Positions 1-9,506 of a stretch of 64,000 nt of DNA are shown one piece after another (positions within the stretch are counted from its first letter, which is position 1; each line of letters starts with the position of its first letter). The translations under genes and the position numbers were made by a program. Below the pieces are notes generated by a model. It had not been told where the DNA came from and did not search any database. It saw only the letters and a list, made by a program, of their open reading frames with translations. This DNA is from Chthonomonadales bacterium (GTDB taxonomy: Bacteria > Armatimonadota > Chthonomonadetes > Chthonomonadales > CAJBBX01): positions 121,602-185,601 of the forward strand of contig JBBIPC010000004.1 in NCBI GenBank assembly GCA_037443035.1, given 5' to 3'.

Positions 1-1
1 C

Positions 2-61
2 GGTGCCGATAGCGTTCGGACGTGGTTCACTGAACCGAAAGGAGCAGTTACTCATGCCTAG
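2..61 (+). CDS. 3' end of an upstream gene, truncated by the window edge (...GADSVRTWFTEPKGAVTHA*); possibly another hdr subunit
   Basis: Frame 2 is open from base 2 to TAG at 59-61 and overlaps the hdrA ATG by 8 nt (ATGCCTAG), the same geometry as the mvhD/mvhG junction (ATGTCTGA). Too short to identify. Confidence 0.35.
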   Translation, partial: GADSVRTWFTEPKGAVTHA

Positions 62-2045
62 TCAGAACGGCTCGGTACGAATCGGAGTCTACGTCTGCCA
101 CTGCGGGTTCAACATCGCGTCGGTGATTGACGTGGAGGCGGTAGCGCAGTTCGCGCTGACTTTGCCTGGAGTGGTAGTTGCCCGCGACTACAAGTACATG
201 TGCTCCGAACCAGGCCAGACGCTCATCGAAGACGACATCAAGGAGCACAACCTCAACCGGATCGTCGTGGCAGCATGTTCACCGCTGCTTCACGAAGAGA
301 CGTTCCGGACCGCGGCCGAAAGAGCCGGCATCAATCGGTTCCACGTTCAGATGGTGAATTTGCGTGAGCACGGAGCCTGGGTGCACGACGACCGGGCTGC
401 CGCCACAGCGAAGGCCAAGGACCTTGTCCACGGGGCCGTCTTGCGTGTGCACTACCACAAGCCCCTACAGCCAAAGCGAGTACCCATCAACAAGGCGGTA
501 CTCGTGGTCGGTGGAGGCATCGCCGGCATCCACGCAGCGATTACTGTGGCGAACTCGGGCAAACCGGTCTATCTCGTGGAGCGAGAGCCGACGATTGGCG
601 GCAATATGGCCAAGTATGACAAGACCTTCCCGACGCTCGACTGCGCGGCCTGCATTCTGACCCCGAAAATGAACGCCGTCCGGTCTCACCCGAACATCAC
701 CATGTGGACCTATTCCGAGGTGGTGCAAGTGGACGGTTATGTCGGAAACTACAAGGTAAAGGTGCGGCGCAAGCCACGCTACGTGCGGGAGGACCTGTGC
801 GTGGGATGCCTCCATTGTGTGGACGCTTGCGTCTTCAAGGATCCCAAGTTTCCCGATACGTTCAACATCGGCATGAACAAGCGCAAGCCCATCTACCTTC
901 CGTTCGCACAGGCTACACCGAAGGTAGTCGTCATTGATCCAGAGGCATGCATCCAACTGAAGACAGGAAAATGCAAGCAGGCATGTGCCGCGGCTTGCGA
1001 GCGTGGCGGCATCAACTTCGACATGCAGGAAGAGATCCAGGAGATCGAGGTTGGCGCTATTATCGTCGCCACGGGCTTCCAACCATTCGATGCCACGCGA
1101 GCACCGGAATATGGCTACGGCGTGTATCCCAATGTTTATACCTCCATGGAGATCGAGCGCTTGGTGAACGCCAGCGGCCCCACGGGAGGCGAAGTGGTTC
1201 TCCGAGACGGAACGAGGCCGAAGTCTATCGGTGTGGTCTACTGCGTCGGCTCCCGTGATGAGCGATACAACCGATGGTGCTCCCGTGTGTGCTGCATGAC
1301 AGCGCTGAAACTGTCCCATCTGCTCAAGGAGCACACCGGTGCCGAAATCTACAACTTCTACATTGACATGCGCGCCGCAGGCAAGGGCTACGAGGAGTTC
1401 TACCAGCGGATCCTGAACGAGAGAGTTCACTTCATCCGGGGCAAGGTCGCCGAGGTTTGCGACTGGGCTCTGGACCCATCCGAAGAGGGCAAGCTCGTCA
1501 TCCGCGTCGAGGACACGCTCACTGGCTACGTTCGGCGAATCCCCGTTGACATGGTCGTGCTCGCTGTGGGGTTGGAGCCTCGCGCCGATGCGCAGGAAGT
1601 ACGGCGTATCATGAACATGAGCTGCTCTTCGGAAGGATTCTTCCTCGAAAAGCACCCGAAACTGGCACCGGCGCCGACCTATACCGATGGCGTCTTCATC
1701 GCCGGTTGCTGCCAGGGTCCCAAAGACATTCCCGATACAGTCATGCAGGCTGGGTACGCCGCGGCCGAAGCCATGGCCCTCGCGGACACGGGCTTCTTCG
1801 AGATCGAGCCCAATACGGCGCATATCGTGGAAGAGGAATGCTCGGGGTGCAAGTCGTGTGTAGACCTCTGTGCCTACAAGGCCATCAGCTTCAATGAAGT
1901 GAAGCACAAGGCAGAGATCAACCCCGTGCTGTGCAAGGGTTGCGGCGTATGCGTAGCCTCGTGTCCATCCGGTTCCATTCGTCAGGACCTCTTCGAGGAT
2001 GAAGAGATCTTCAGTGAGATAGAAGGGGTGCTGGCGACAGTCTAG
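54..2045 (+). CDS. hdrA: Heterodisulfide reductase subunit A-like FAD/Fe-S protein
   Basis: GVYVCHCG, YMCS, VVAACSP, FAD motif VLVVGGGIAG, DKTFPTLDCAACIL, CVGSRD..WCSRVCC, and ferredoxin motifs CVGCLHC, CSGCKSC, CKGCGVC. ATG at 54 follows RBS AAAGGAG. Confidence 0.93.
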   Translation: MPSQNGSVRIGVYVCHCGFNIASVIDVEAVAQFALTLPGVVVARDYKYMCSEPGQTLIEDDIKEHNLNRIVVAACSPLLHEETFRTAAERAGINRFHVQMVNLREHGAWVHDDRAAATAKAKDLVHGAVLRVHYHKPLQPKRVPINKAVLVVGGGIAGIHAAITVANSGKPVYLVEREPTIGGNMAKYDKTFPTLDCAACILTPKMNAVRSHPNITMWTYSEVVQVDGYVGNYKVKVRRKPRYVREDLCVGCLHCVDACVFKDPKFPDTFNIGMNKRKPIYLPFAQATPKVVVIDPEACIQLKTGKCKQACAAACERGGINFDMQEEIQEIEVGAIIVATGFQPFDATRAPEYGYGVYPNVYTSMEIERLVNASGPTGGEVVLRDGTRPKSIGVVYCVGSRDERYNRWCSRVCCMTALKLSHLLKEHTGAEIYNFYIDMRAAGKGYEEFYQRILNERVHFIRGKVAEVCDWALDPSEEGKLVIRVEDTLTGYVRRIPVDMVVLAVGLEPRADAQEVRRIMNMSCSSEGFFLEKHPKLAPAPTYTDGVFIAGCCQGPKDIPDTVMQAGYAAAEAMALADTGFFEIEPNTAHIVEEECSGCKSCVDLCAYKAISFNEVKHKAEINPVLCKGCGVCVASCPSGSIRQDLFEDEEIFSEIEGVLATV

Positions 2046-2063
2046 GGTCGTCAGAAAGGGGGT

Positions 2064-2606
2064 GTGATTATGGAGAAAAGCTTGATGACGGGCAGTAGCG
2101 GCGGCGCCAGTAGTTGGGAGCCCAGGATCGTCGCCTTTTTCTGCAATTGGTGCACCTACACGGCCGCTGACCTAGCCGGGGTCAGCCGCATGAGATATGC
2201 GCCCAATGTCCGCGTCATCCGAGTGATGTGTTCGGGCCGTGTCGACCCGCAGTTCGTGCTGGATGCCTTCGCGCAAGGAGCGGATGGAGTGTTGATCGGC
2301 GGCTGCCATCCTGGTGACTGTCACTACGTCGAAGGCAACTACAAGGCGCTGCGCAGGGTGGAGTTCCTCTACCGCCTTCTGGAGGACCTGGGCATCGAGA
2401 AAGACCGCCTATCCCTAGTGTGGATTTCGGCATCGGAAGGTGACCGCGTGCGCGTCGCTGTCAACGAGCTTACCGAGCGCGTGCGAGAGCTCGGTCCACT
2501 CAACCTTCGCCACCGCTACGAAGAACTCGACCGCGAAGTGGAGATCCACGACCGGCACAGTCGAACTCCCGTCCGACCGAGCGAGGAGGTGGCCACCCAT
2601 GTCTGA
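2064..2606 (+). CDS. mvhD: Methyl-viologen-reducing hydrogenase delta subunit ([2Fe-2S])
   Basis: FFCNWCTY.AAD, RVMCSGRVDP, GGCHPGDCHY..GN, WISASEG. Start is GTG 2064 or ATG 2070. Confidence 0.93.
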   Translation: MIMEKSLMTGSSGGASSWEPRIVAFFCNWCTYTAADLAGVSRMRYAPNVRVIRVMCSGRVDPQFVLDAFAQGADGVLIGGCHPGDCHYVEGNYKALRRVEFLYRLLEDLGIEKDRLSLVWISASEGDRVRVAVNELTERVRELGPLNLRHRYEELDREVEIHDRHSRTPVRPSEEVATHV

Positions 2607-3591
2607 CAAGCCAAGGATCGGCTTCTACTGGTGCGGTTCCTGTGGTGGTTGCGAGGAGTCCGTCGTGGACCTGGCCATGGATCTCGTTCCGGTGTTGGAA
2701 GCCGTGGACATCGTCTTCTTTCCCGTGGCCATGGACTTCAAGCGCGAGGACGTCGAGGCCATGCCGGACGGAAATATGGCAGCCTGCATGATCAATGGCT
2801 GCATCCGTACGTCCGAACAGGAAGAGATGGCCGAACTCCTTCGCCGGAAATCCCAGGTCCTCATCGCCTACGGGGCATGTGCAACGATGGGCGGAATTCC
2901 GGGTCTAGCCAACCAGTTCACCCGCGAGGACATCTTGAAGTTCGTGTACGAGCAGTCGCCGTCCACCTCCAATGAGCAAGGGGTACGCCCAAAAACACGG
3001 CATGATGAGAACGGTCTCCAACTCATGCTGCCAGCTCTTCGCGAGAAAGTTCGCTCCCTTGACCAGGTGGTGGATGTGGATTACTACATTCCAGGGTGTC
3101 CTCCGACGCCCGACTTGCTCAAGGGCGCTGTCATGGCGCTCCTCGAAGGAAAGTTGCCGGAGAAGGGCACCGTCCTGGCGCCGGATGTCGCACTCTGCGA
3201 GTCATGTCCGCGTCGAGACACCAAGCCTGCAGACCTGAAGTACGTCGCCTTCCATCGCCCCCATCTCACGCAGATGGACCCCGCGAAGTGTTTCCTCGCT
3301 CAGGGCATCGTCTGCATGGGGCCCGCCACCCGGTCGGGGTGCGGCGCGCAATGCATCGGCGGTAACATGCCGTGCTCGGGCTGCTTCGGACCGACATCGC
3401 GCGTTCGCGACCAGGGCGCCAAGATGCTATCCCATCTTGCGGCCTCGACTGCTGCCTCCACTCCCGAGGAAGCACGCAAGATACTGGCGGACATTCCCGA
3501 CCCCGTGGGAACGCTCTACCGCTACGGTCTCGCACACTCCCTGCTGCGGGGGACGCCGCCAGCGACAACAAACGGAGGGAGATCCGCATGA
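2599..3591 (+). CDS. mvhG: F420-non-reducing [NiFe]-hydrogenase small subunit
   Basis: WCGSCGGCEES, AYGACA.MGGIPGL, IPGCPP, LCESCPR, CFLAQG.VCMGPATRSGCGAQC...CSGCFG. ATG 2599 follows GAGGAGGT. Confidence 0.9.
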   Translation: MSDKPRIGFYWCGSCGGCEESVVDLAMDLVPVLEAVDIVFFPVAMDFKREDVEAMPDGNMAACMINGCIRTSEQEEMAELLRRKSQVLIAYGACATMGGIPGLANQFTREDILKFVYEQSPSTSNEQGVRPKTRHDENGLQLMLPALREKVRSLDQVVDVDYYIPGCPPTPDLLKGAVMALLEGKLPEKGTVLAPDVALCESCPRRDTKPADLKYVAFHRPHLTQMDPAKCFLAQGIVCMGPATRSGCGAQCIGGNMPCSGCFGPTSRVRDQGAKMLSHLAASTAASTPEEARKILADIPDPVGTLYRYGLAHSLLRGTPPATTNGGRSA

Positions 3592-5096
3592 GTGCTGTTG
3601 TCAACGAACCTGCGACGACTGCAGGCAGTCAGCAAACGCGACGCCATGTCGTCGTGGACCCCATCACTCGCCTCGAAGGCCATGGAAAGATAGATATCTT
3701 CCTCGATGAGTCGGGCAATGTCGAGCGAGCTTTCCTGCAGATCCCGGAGCTGCGGGGTTTCGAGGTCTTCGTCCACGGAAGACCGGTCGAAGAGATGCCC
3801 CAAATCACGAGCCGCATCTGCGGCGTGTGCCCGACCGCCCATCATATGGCCGCGACCAAGGCCCTGGACGACCTGTTCAAGATCGAGCCGACGCCGACGG
3901 CACGGAACATCCGAGAGCTGGTCTACAACGCGTTCATGCTCGAGGACCACGCGCTCCATGTGTACGTGCTAGGCGGTCCAGATTTCATAGTCGGGCCAAC
4001 CGCCGACAAAGCCGCCCGCAACATCGTTGGCGTTCTCAACACCGTGGGGCTGGAGGTGGGAAAGAGGGTCATCGAAGCGCGGCGCAAGCTTCGCGAAGTT
4101 ATCTCCTACTTCGGCGGTAAGGTCATCCATCCGGTCATGGGTCTGCCTGGAGGCGTCTCCAAAGGGTTGGGCGACGACTTCCTACCCGTTCTCAAGCAGA
4201 CTGCCGAAGAGAGTCTGGAGTTCGCCCGATTCACCTTGCAGGTGTTCAAGGATATCGTTCTAGGCAACGAAGAGTACGTGCGACTTATCACATCGGAGGA
4301 TTACACGCACCGCACCTACTACATGGGTCTGGTAGACGAAGCGAACCGAGTCAACTTCTACGACGGCCAGCTCCGGGTCGTCAGCCCCACTGGCCAGGAG
4401 GTGGAGAAGTTCCCTGTACAAGCGTACGCTAGTCACATTGCCGAGCACGTGGAACCGTGGAGCTACATCAAGTTCTGTTATCTCAGGAACATCGGCTGGA
4501 ACGGCTTCCAAGAGGGTGCCGCAAGCGGCGTGTATGCTGTGGCGCCTCTAGCGCGGCTCAACGCGGCTGACGGCATGGCTACCGAGCTTGCGCAGGAGGC
4601 CTACGGGGAGTTCTACGCAACTCTCGGTCCGAAGCCTGTTCATTACACATTGGCCAATCACTGGGCACGGGTCATTGAGATGTTGCAGGCCGCCGAGACC
4701 ATTGTCCGTCTCGCCAACGATCCGGTCACGGCAGGCAAGGATATCCGCAACATCCCGAGCGTCACCCCGTCCGTGGGCTATGGCGTGGTTGAAGCGCCTA
4801 GGGGCACGCTGATTCACCATTATGAGACCGACGAGAATGGTCTGGTGCGGGAAGCCAATCTCATCGTCGCGACGCAGAATAACGCAGCACGCATTGCCAT
4901 GAGTGTGGAGAAGGCGGCGAGAGGTCTCATCCATGACGGCGAGATCAACGACGGCCTACTGAACATGGTAGAGATGGCTTTCCGAGCCTACGATCCATGC
5001 CACGGTTGCGCCACGCATTCGCTGCCCGGCCAGATGCCCCTTGTAGCTCGGGTCATGACTCGTTCCGGTGAGGTGATTCGCGAGATCGTCTCGTGA
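3588..5096 (+). CDS. mvhA: [NiFe]-hydrogenase large subunit, group 3c-type
   Basis: TRLEGHG, RGFE, L1 motif RICGVCPTAH, EAPRGTLIHHY, L2 motif YDPCHGCATH followed by a cleavable C-terminal extension. ATGA overlap with mvhG. Confidence 0.92.
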   Translation: MSAVVNEPATTAGSQQTRRHVVVDPITRLEGHGKIDIFLDESGNVERAFLQIPELRGFEVFVHGRPVEEMPQITSRICGVCPTAHHMAATKALDDLFKIEPTPTARNIRELVYNAFMLEDHALHVYVLGGPDFIVGPTADKAARNIVGVLNTVGLEVGKRVIEARRKLREVISYFGGKVIHPVMGLPGGVSKGLGDDFLPVLKQTAEESLEFARFTLQVFKDIVLGNEEYVRLITSEDYTHRTYYMGLVDEANRVNFYDGQLRVVSPTGQEVEKFPVQAYASHIAEHVEPWSYIKFCYLRNIGWNGFQEGAASGVYAVAPLARLNAADGMATELAQEAYGEFYATLGPKPVHYTLANHWARVIEMLQAAETIVRLANDPVTAGKDIRNIPSVTPSVGYGVVEAPRGTLIHHYETDENGLVREANLIVATQNNAARIAMSVEKAARGLIHDGEINDGLLNMVEMAFRAYDPCHGCATHSLPGQMPLVARVMTRSGEVIREIVS

Positions 5097-5587
5097 CCCG
5101 TGTCGAGAAAGTGCTCGTGCTGGCGCTGGGCAACGAGCTGGCTGGCGATGATGCGGTCGGCCTGATCGCCGCCAGGGAGCTGCGAAAGGTGGTGCCAGCC
5201 GAGGTTGATATCATCGAGTCGGGCGAGGCTGGCCTCGCCCTTCTCGACCATTTCTCCGCTTACGACCGCGTCCTCCTGCTCGACGCGGTCGTGGCTCCCG
5301 ATCTCGAACCAGGTCGCGTACTCCACTATCAGATGTCCGAGCTGAGGTCGGTCGCCAACCCCTCACCCCATTACGCAGGTTTGCCCGACGTGCAGCGCGT
5401 CGCCGCGGAGCTCGGCATCCCCTTCCCCAAGGAAGTGCGGACCCTCGCAGTCGCCATCCAGCAACCGGAGCGTGTCAACCATGGTCTCTCAGAGCCAGTG
5501 AGCAACGCAGTACCCAACCTGGTGGCGGAAGCGCTGTCCGTACTGCAAGGATGGACATCCACCGCAGTTGGCGACGGAAGTCCGTAG
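5093..5587 (+). CDS. Hydrogenase maturation endopeptidase (HyaD/HycI family)
   Basis: LALGNELAGDDAVG, LLDAV and SPH motifs; GTGA overlap with mvhA. Confidence 0.9.
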   Translation: MTRVEKVLVLALGNELAGDDAVGLIAARELRKVVPAEVDIIESGEAGLALLDHFSAYDRVLLLDAVVAPDLEPGRVLHYQMSELRSVANPSPHYAGLPDVQRVAAELGIPFPKEVRTLAVAIQQPERVNHGLSEPVSNAVPNLVAEALSVLQGWTSTAVGDGSP

Positions 5588-5659
5588 CGCGTTCGAACAC
5601 TGTCCTCGTCCCGCGCTGCCGGGGCATCGACAGGTTGGCGAACTGCTGAACCTGGAGCG

Positions 5660-5668
5660 TGCTATAAT
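5660..5668 (+). promoter_or_regulatory. Extended -10 sigma70-type promoter for the P5C dehydrogenase gene
   Basis: TGcTATAAT ending 21 nt before ATG 5690; no clear -35. Confidence 0.55.
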
Positions 5669-5689
5669 CGGCCTGTGAGGAGAGATACC

Positions 5690-7237
5690 ATGGTGACGCC
5701 CTTTCAGAACGAACCCCTTGTGAGCTTCCAGGAACCTCGCCACCGTCAGGCCATGGAGGAAGCACTATCCTCTGTGGAAGCCGCGCTAGGCAGGGACTAT
5801 CCCCTCGTCATCGGCGGCAAGCGACTGACCACAGCGTCTTGGATCGTCTCCGCCAACCCGGCCGCGCCTGGTCAGGTTGTCGGCCGCGCTGCTCGAGCGG
5901 CCGCAGCCCACGTGGAACAGGCCGTGGAGGCGGCCGAAGCGGCGTTCGCCGACTGGAGCCGAACCGACGCCGAAGCGCGCGCTCGTTGCCTCCTCGAGGC
6001 TGCCACCATCATCAGGCGTCGGGCGTACGAGTTCAGTGCATGGCTCGTCTACGAAGTCAGCAAGTCCTGGGCGGAGGCGTATGCCGACACGGCGGAGCTC
6101 ATAGACTTCCTGGAGTTCTATGCACGAGAGATGCTGCGGCTGGAAGGCGATCACCCCACTGTGCCCTATCCGGGTGAGTGCAACGTGCTCCGCTATGTTC
6201 CGCTCGGAGTCGGCGCCGTCATCCCGCCATGGAACTTCCCCCTTGCTATCATGGGCGGGATGACTGCCGCAGCCATCGTCACAGGGAACACGGTCGTGCT
6301 GAAGCCGGCATCTCAAGCGCCGGTGGTGGCTGCGCTGTTCTGCGAAGTCCTCGAGCAGGCCTCCATCCCCCCGGGGGTCGTGAACTACGTGCCCGGTTCC
6401 GGGGCCGAGATCGGTGATGTTCTTGTGGATCATCCCCGCATCCGCTTCGTGGCTTTCACGGGTTCACGTGACGTAGGCGTACGGATCTTCCAGCGCGCCT
6501 CGCTGGTCCAACCGGGCCAGAAATGGCTGAAGCGCACTATCCTGGAGATGGGCGGTAAGGACGCCATCATCGTGGACGATACTGCGGATCTGGATGCGGC
6601 CGCGGAAGGCATTGTTGCGTCTGCATTCGGATACCAGGGGCAGAAGTGCTCGGCTTGCTCACGCCTGATCGTATTCCGTTCTGTGCAAGACGCGCTACTC
6701 GAAAGGGTCGTTGCCCGAACTCGGACGCTCAAGATCGGCAACCCTGTGTTGCCAGATGTGTTCTTGGGTGCCGTCATCGAAGATGCAGCTCGGCGGAAGA
6801 TTCGCGATTACATAGCTCTTGGAAGAACCGAGGGCAACGTTCTGTACGAAGGCACCGACATGCCGCCCGAGGGTTACTTCGTGCCGCCCACCATTATCGG
6901 TGATGTCTCTCCAACCGCGCGTATCGCTCAGGAGGAGATCTTCGGCCCGGTCCTCGCCGTGATCCCGGTCGAGACGTTCGACGAGGCCCTCGATGTGGCC
7001 AACGGAACGGAGTACGGGCTGACGGGCGCACTCTATTCGCGGGACCGCCGACGGATCGAGCGAGCCCGCCAAGAGTTTCATGTCGGCAACCTCTATTTCA
7101 ACCGCAAGTGTACGGGTGCGCTCGTGGGTGTGCAACCTTTCGGCGGTTTCAATATGAGCGGGACAGACAGCAAGGCTGGCGGGCAGGACTACCTCCAACT
7201 TTTCCTCCAGGCGAAGTCCATCTCCGAGCGTTTCTGA
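5690..7237 (+). CDS. pruA: L-glutamate gamma-semialdehyde (P5C) dehydrogenase, RocA/PruA type
   Basis: PFQNEP N-terminus, PPWNFP, FTGS, LEMGGKD, catalytic GQKCSACSR, EEIFGP, NRKCTGALVGVQPFGGFNMSGTDSKAGG. Confidence 0.92.
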   Translation: MVTPFQNEPLVSFQEPRHRQAMEEALSSVEAALGRDYPLVIGGKRLTTASWIVSANPAAPGQVVGRAARAAAAHVEQAVEAAEAAFADWSRTDAEARARCLLEAATIIRRRAYEFSAWLVYEVSKSWAEAYADTAELIDFLEFYAREMLRLEGDHPTVPYPGECNVLRYVPLGVGAVIPPWNFPLAIMGGMTAAAIVTGNTVVLKPASQAPVVAALFCEVLEQASIPPGVVNYVPGSGAEIGDVLVDHPRIRFVAFTGSRDVGVRIFQRASLVQPGQKWLKRTILEMGGKDAIIVDDTADLDAAAEGIVASAFGYQGQKCSACSRLIVFRSVQDALLERVVARTRTLKIGNPVLPDVFLGAVIEDAARRKIRDYIALGRTEGNVLYEGTDMPPEGYFVPPTIIGDVSPTARIAQEEIFGPVLAVIPVETFDEALDVANGTEYGLTGALYSRDRRRIERARQEFHVGNLYFNRKCTGALVGVQPFGGFNMSGTDSKAGGQDYLQLFLQAKSISERF

Positions 7238-7246
7238 GCTGCTGGC

Positions 7247-8224
7247 ATGCGCGATAGGCCACTCCGGATCGGTATCATCGGTTGCGGCGACTACGGTATG
7301 CGCCACGCGCTGAAGATGCGGGACATCCCAGGCGTCACCGTCGTAGCACTGGCGGACCCGGTGCCGGATTCGGCGCAACGCATTGCCGAAATCCTGGATC
7401 CACCACCGGCCATGGTGACGCGGGATCACCGTGAGCTGCTAGCGGCAGGTCTGGACGCTGTCTGCATTGCCAGCCCCGATGCCTTCCATGTACCACAAAT
7501 ACTCGACTGCTTGAAAGCTGGGCTGCACATCCTCTGCGAGAAGCCGCTCACACCAAGCGTTCAGGAACTCGAGCAGGTCCTCCAGGCGCGCGATGCTGCA
7601 GGCACCATCCTAGCCCTGACGTATCAGAGGCGCTACGATGGCGCCCATCGTGCCATGCGTCGGGAAATCCTCTCAGGTCGCTGGGGCAAGGTGACCGCAG
7701 TCACGATCTACAATGCCGAGGATTGGATCACACCCAACCGAGGCACATGGCGTCACGACCCTGATATCTGCCCGGGAGGCTTCTTCTACGATGCCAGCGG
7801 TCATCAGCTCGACATGGTCTTCTGGGCAACGGGCCTTCGTGGTACGCGAGTGCGTGCATGGACCCGCAACGCCGGTACGCGAGTGCCCATCCGGATCTGG
7901 GGCAACGCGCTCCTCACGGGTGATGTGCCACTGACCTTTCACTTCGTAGGCGACGCCCATGCCTGGAGGGAACAGGTCAACATCCACTGTGAAGGACGCG
8001 ATTTCTGCGTGGAGAACTTCCGCGCCCGATGGTGCGTGGAAGGCAAGCCGGAACCCATAGAACCGGGCGAACCCGGCGACGGCTCGGACGTGGAGTTCAT
8101 CAGGATGATTCGGGATGGAGCCCCCAACCCTGCTCCGCCTGAAGACACACGTGCGGTGATCCGCTTCACCGAAGCCGCACTGCGGTCCGCTGCTCGCGAG
8201 GAGGACGTGACTGTAGCGCCTTGA
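7247..8224 (+). CDS. Gfo/Idh/MocA family oxidoreductase
   Basis: IGIIGCGDYG Rossmann motif, CEKP, GGFFYD...H.LD. Confidence 0.88.
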   Translation: MRDRPLRIGIIGCGDYGMRHALKMRDIPGVTVVALADPVPDSAQRIAEILDPPPAMVTRDHRELLAAGLDAVCIASPDAFHVPQILDCLKAGLHILCEKPLTPSVQELEQVLQARDAAGTILALTYQRRYDGAHRAMRREILSGRWGKVTAVTIYNAEDWITPNRGTWRHDPDICPGGFFYDASGHQLDMVFWATGLRGTRVRAWTRNAGTRVPIRIWGNALLTGDVPLTFHFVGDAHAWREQVNIHCEGRDFCVENFRARWCVEGKPEPIEPGEPGDGSDVEFIRMIRDGAPNPAPPEDTRAVIRFTEAALRSAAREEDVTVAP

Positions 8225-9506
8225 TCGTCGTGTCGATGGACCTCGCGGCACCGTGCTTCAGCGCCCAATCCAGTGCAAGCGCCACTCTGTCCCGCAGCGG
8301 TGGATGCGTCGCAGCCCAGTAGACCATCCACTTCGGCGGATCTGGATCGGCATAGTCCCGCGTGCTGAAACTCGCCAGCGCTCGTGCCATCGAAAGACCG
8401 TCGCGGCCGGTTTCCAGAGCGTACAGGTCGGCTTCGTGCTCGAACGCCCGCGATATGGCACTGGCGACAGGCATCTGGAGAACGAGCAGCACTTGCAGGA
8501 CCAGCATGAAAAGAGGAACGGACGAAGGGCCGCTGACGCTCGTCACGCTCAGGCGGTCACCATGGCGCCGGACAATGGCCGGGACCAGCCTTGCGAGGAT
8601 CCACAGGATAACGAACATGCCTAGGATGTTCAGCACGACTCCTCTCCACACATGGTTCCGAGCATAGTGCCCGAGCTCGTGGGCAGCGACTGCGATGATC
8701 ATGTCGGGATCCATACTTCTCAACGTCGTGTCCCAGAGGACGATGCGCTTCGTGGGTCCGAGGCCTGATACATAAGCATTCTGCTTCAGTGTGCGTACCG
8801 AGGAGTCCACTACGAGCACTTGCGGACGACGAATGCCTGCCCTCGCAGCGAGGTCCATGAGCCGTGATCGCAGGATAGGATCGTGGAGCGGGACGAACTT
8901 GTTGTACGCCGTGTCCACGACTACCGGGTACACAACCACCATGAGCACGATGATCGGTGCGAGGGCGGTTCCGGTGATCCACCACCATCTACAAGGATAC
9001 CGCTCGATGACTCTGAGGGCGAGAGGCACGGCTGGAGCCCAGACGAGGGTGAACGCCCAGTCTCGTAGCCTGTCTCCAAGCCAGAGGTGCCATGTGATCG
9101 TCGAGAGGCCGTAAGCGCGATCTAGCATCGTCCATGCAAAGGCAGCGGGGATCTGCCACACCGCCATGACGGTCATGAGAGCGAACCATACCGCTGGTCC
9201 CAGGAACCAGACGGAAGCTGACCGCAGTGGGAGAAGCTTTGTGGTACGCTGCGCCAGCCTCGCGTGCACTGCTAGCCAGAGCCCTGACAGATACCATAGA
9301 GTGCTTACGACATGAAGAGCGTACCGGAGCGTGTTGTAGGACCGTATGCGTGCGGTGGCCCGAGGCAGAATCGTGTACGACAGATCATGAGCGATATCAG
9401 ACTGACCTGCAGCTTGTACAGTCAGCAGGATAGCGACGATCGCCAGCCCGACGCCCACCGAGCGTGCTGCAAGGCTCGATACTGTCCCGTGTGGCCGAGG
9501 AATCAC
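8166..9506 (-). CDS. M48 family (Ste24/HtpX-like) integral-membrane zinc protease
   Basis: Multiple TM helices, NAY..GLG.TKRIVL.DT, HELGH, SR..E..AD, THPP...R. Confidence 0.85.
   Translation of the reverse strand: MIPRPHGTVSSLAARSVGVGLAIVAILLTVQAAGQSDIAHDLSYTILPRATARIRSYNTLRYALHVVSTLWYLSGLWLAVHARLAQRTTKLLPLRSASVWFLGPAVWFALMTVMAVWQIPAAFAWTMLDRAYGLSTITWHLWLGDRLRDWAFTLVWAPAVPLALRVIERYPCRWWWITGTALAPIIVLMVVVYPVVVDTAYNKFVPLHDPILRSRLMDLAARAGIRRPQVLVVDSSVRTLKQNAYVSGLGPTKRIVLWDTTLRSMDPDMIIAVAAHELGHYARNHVWRGVVLNILGMFVILWILARLVPAIVRRHGDRLSVTSVSGPSSVPLFMLVLQVLLVLQMPVASAISRAFEHEADLYALETGRDGLSMARALASFSTRDYADPDPPKWMVYWAATHPPLRDRVALALDWALKHGAARSIDTTIKALQSRPPREQRTAVRLR

Noticed and set aside
465..1907. Long antisense or alternative-frame ORFs (e.g. 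465-1907, 33839-34903, 39549-40772, 57018-58394)
   Set aside because: They shadow well-supported genes, contain no recognisable motifs, and are expected in high-GC coding DNA.
54..5096. Possible selenocysteine recoding in hdrA, mvhD or mvhA
   Set aside because: The relevant positions are Cys codons and the frames contain no internal TGA.
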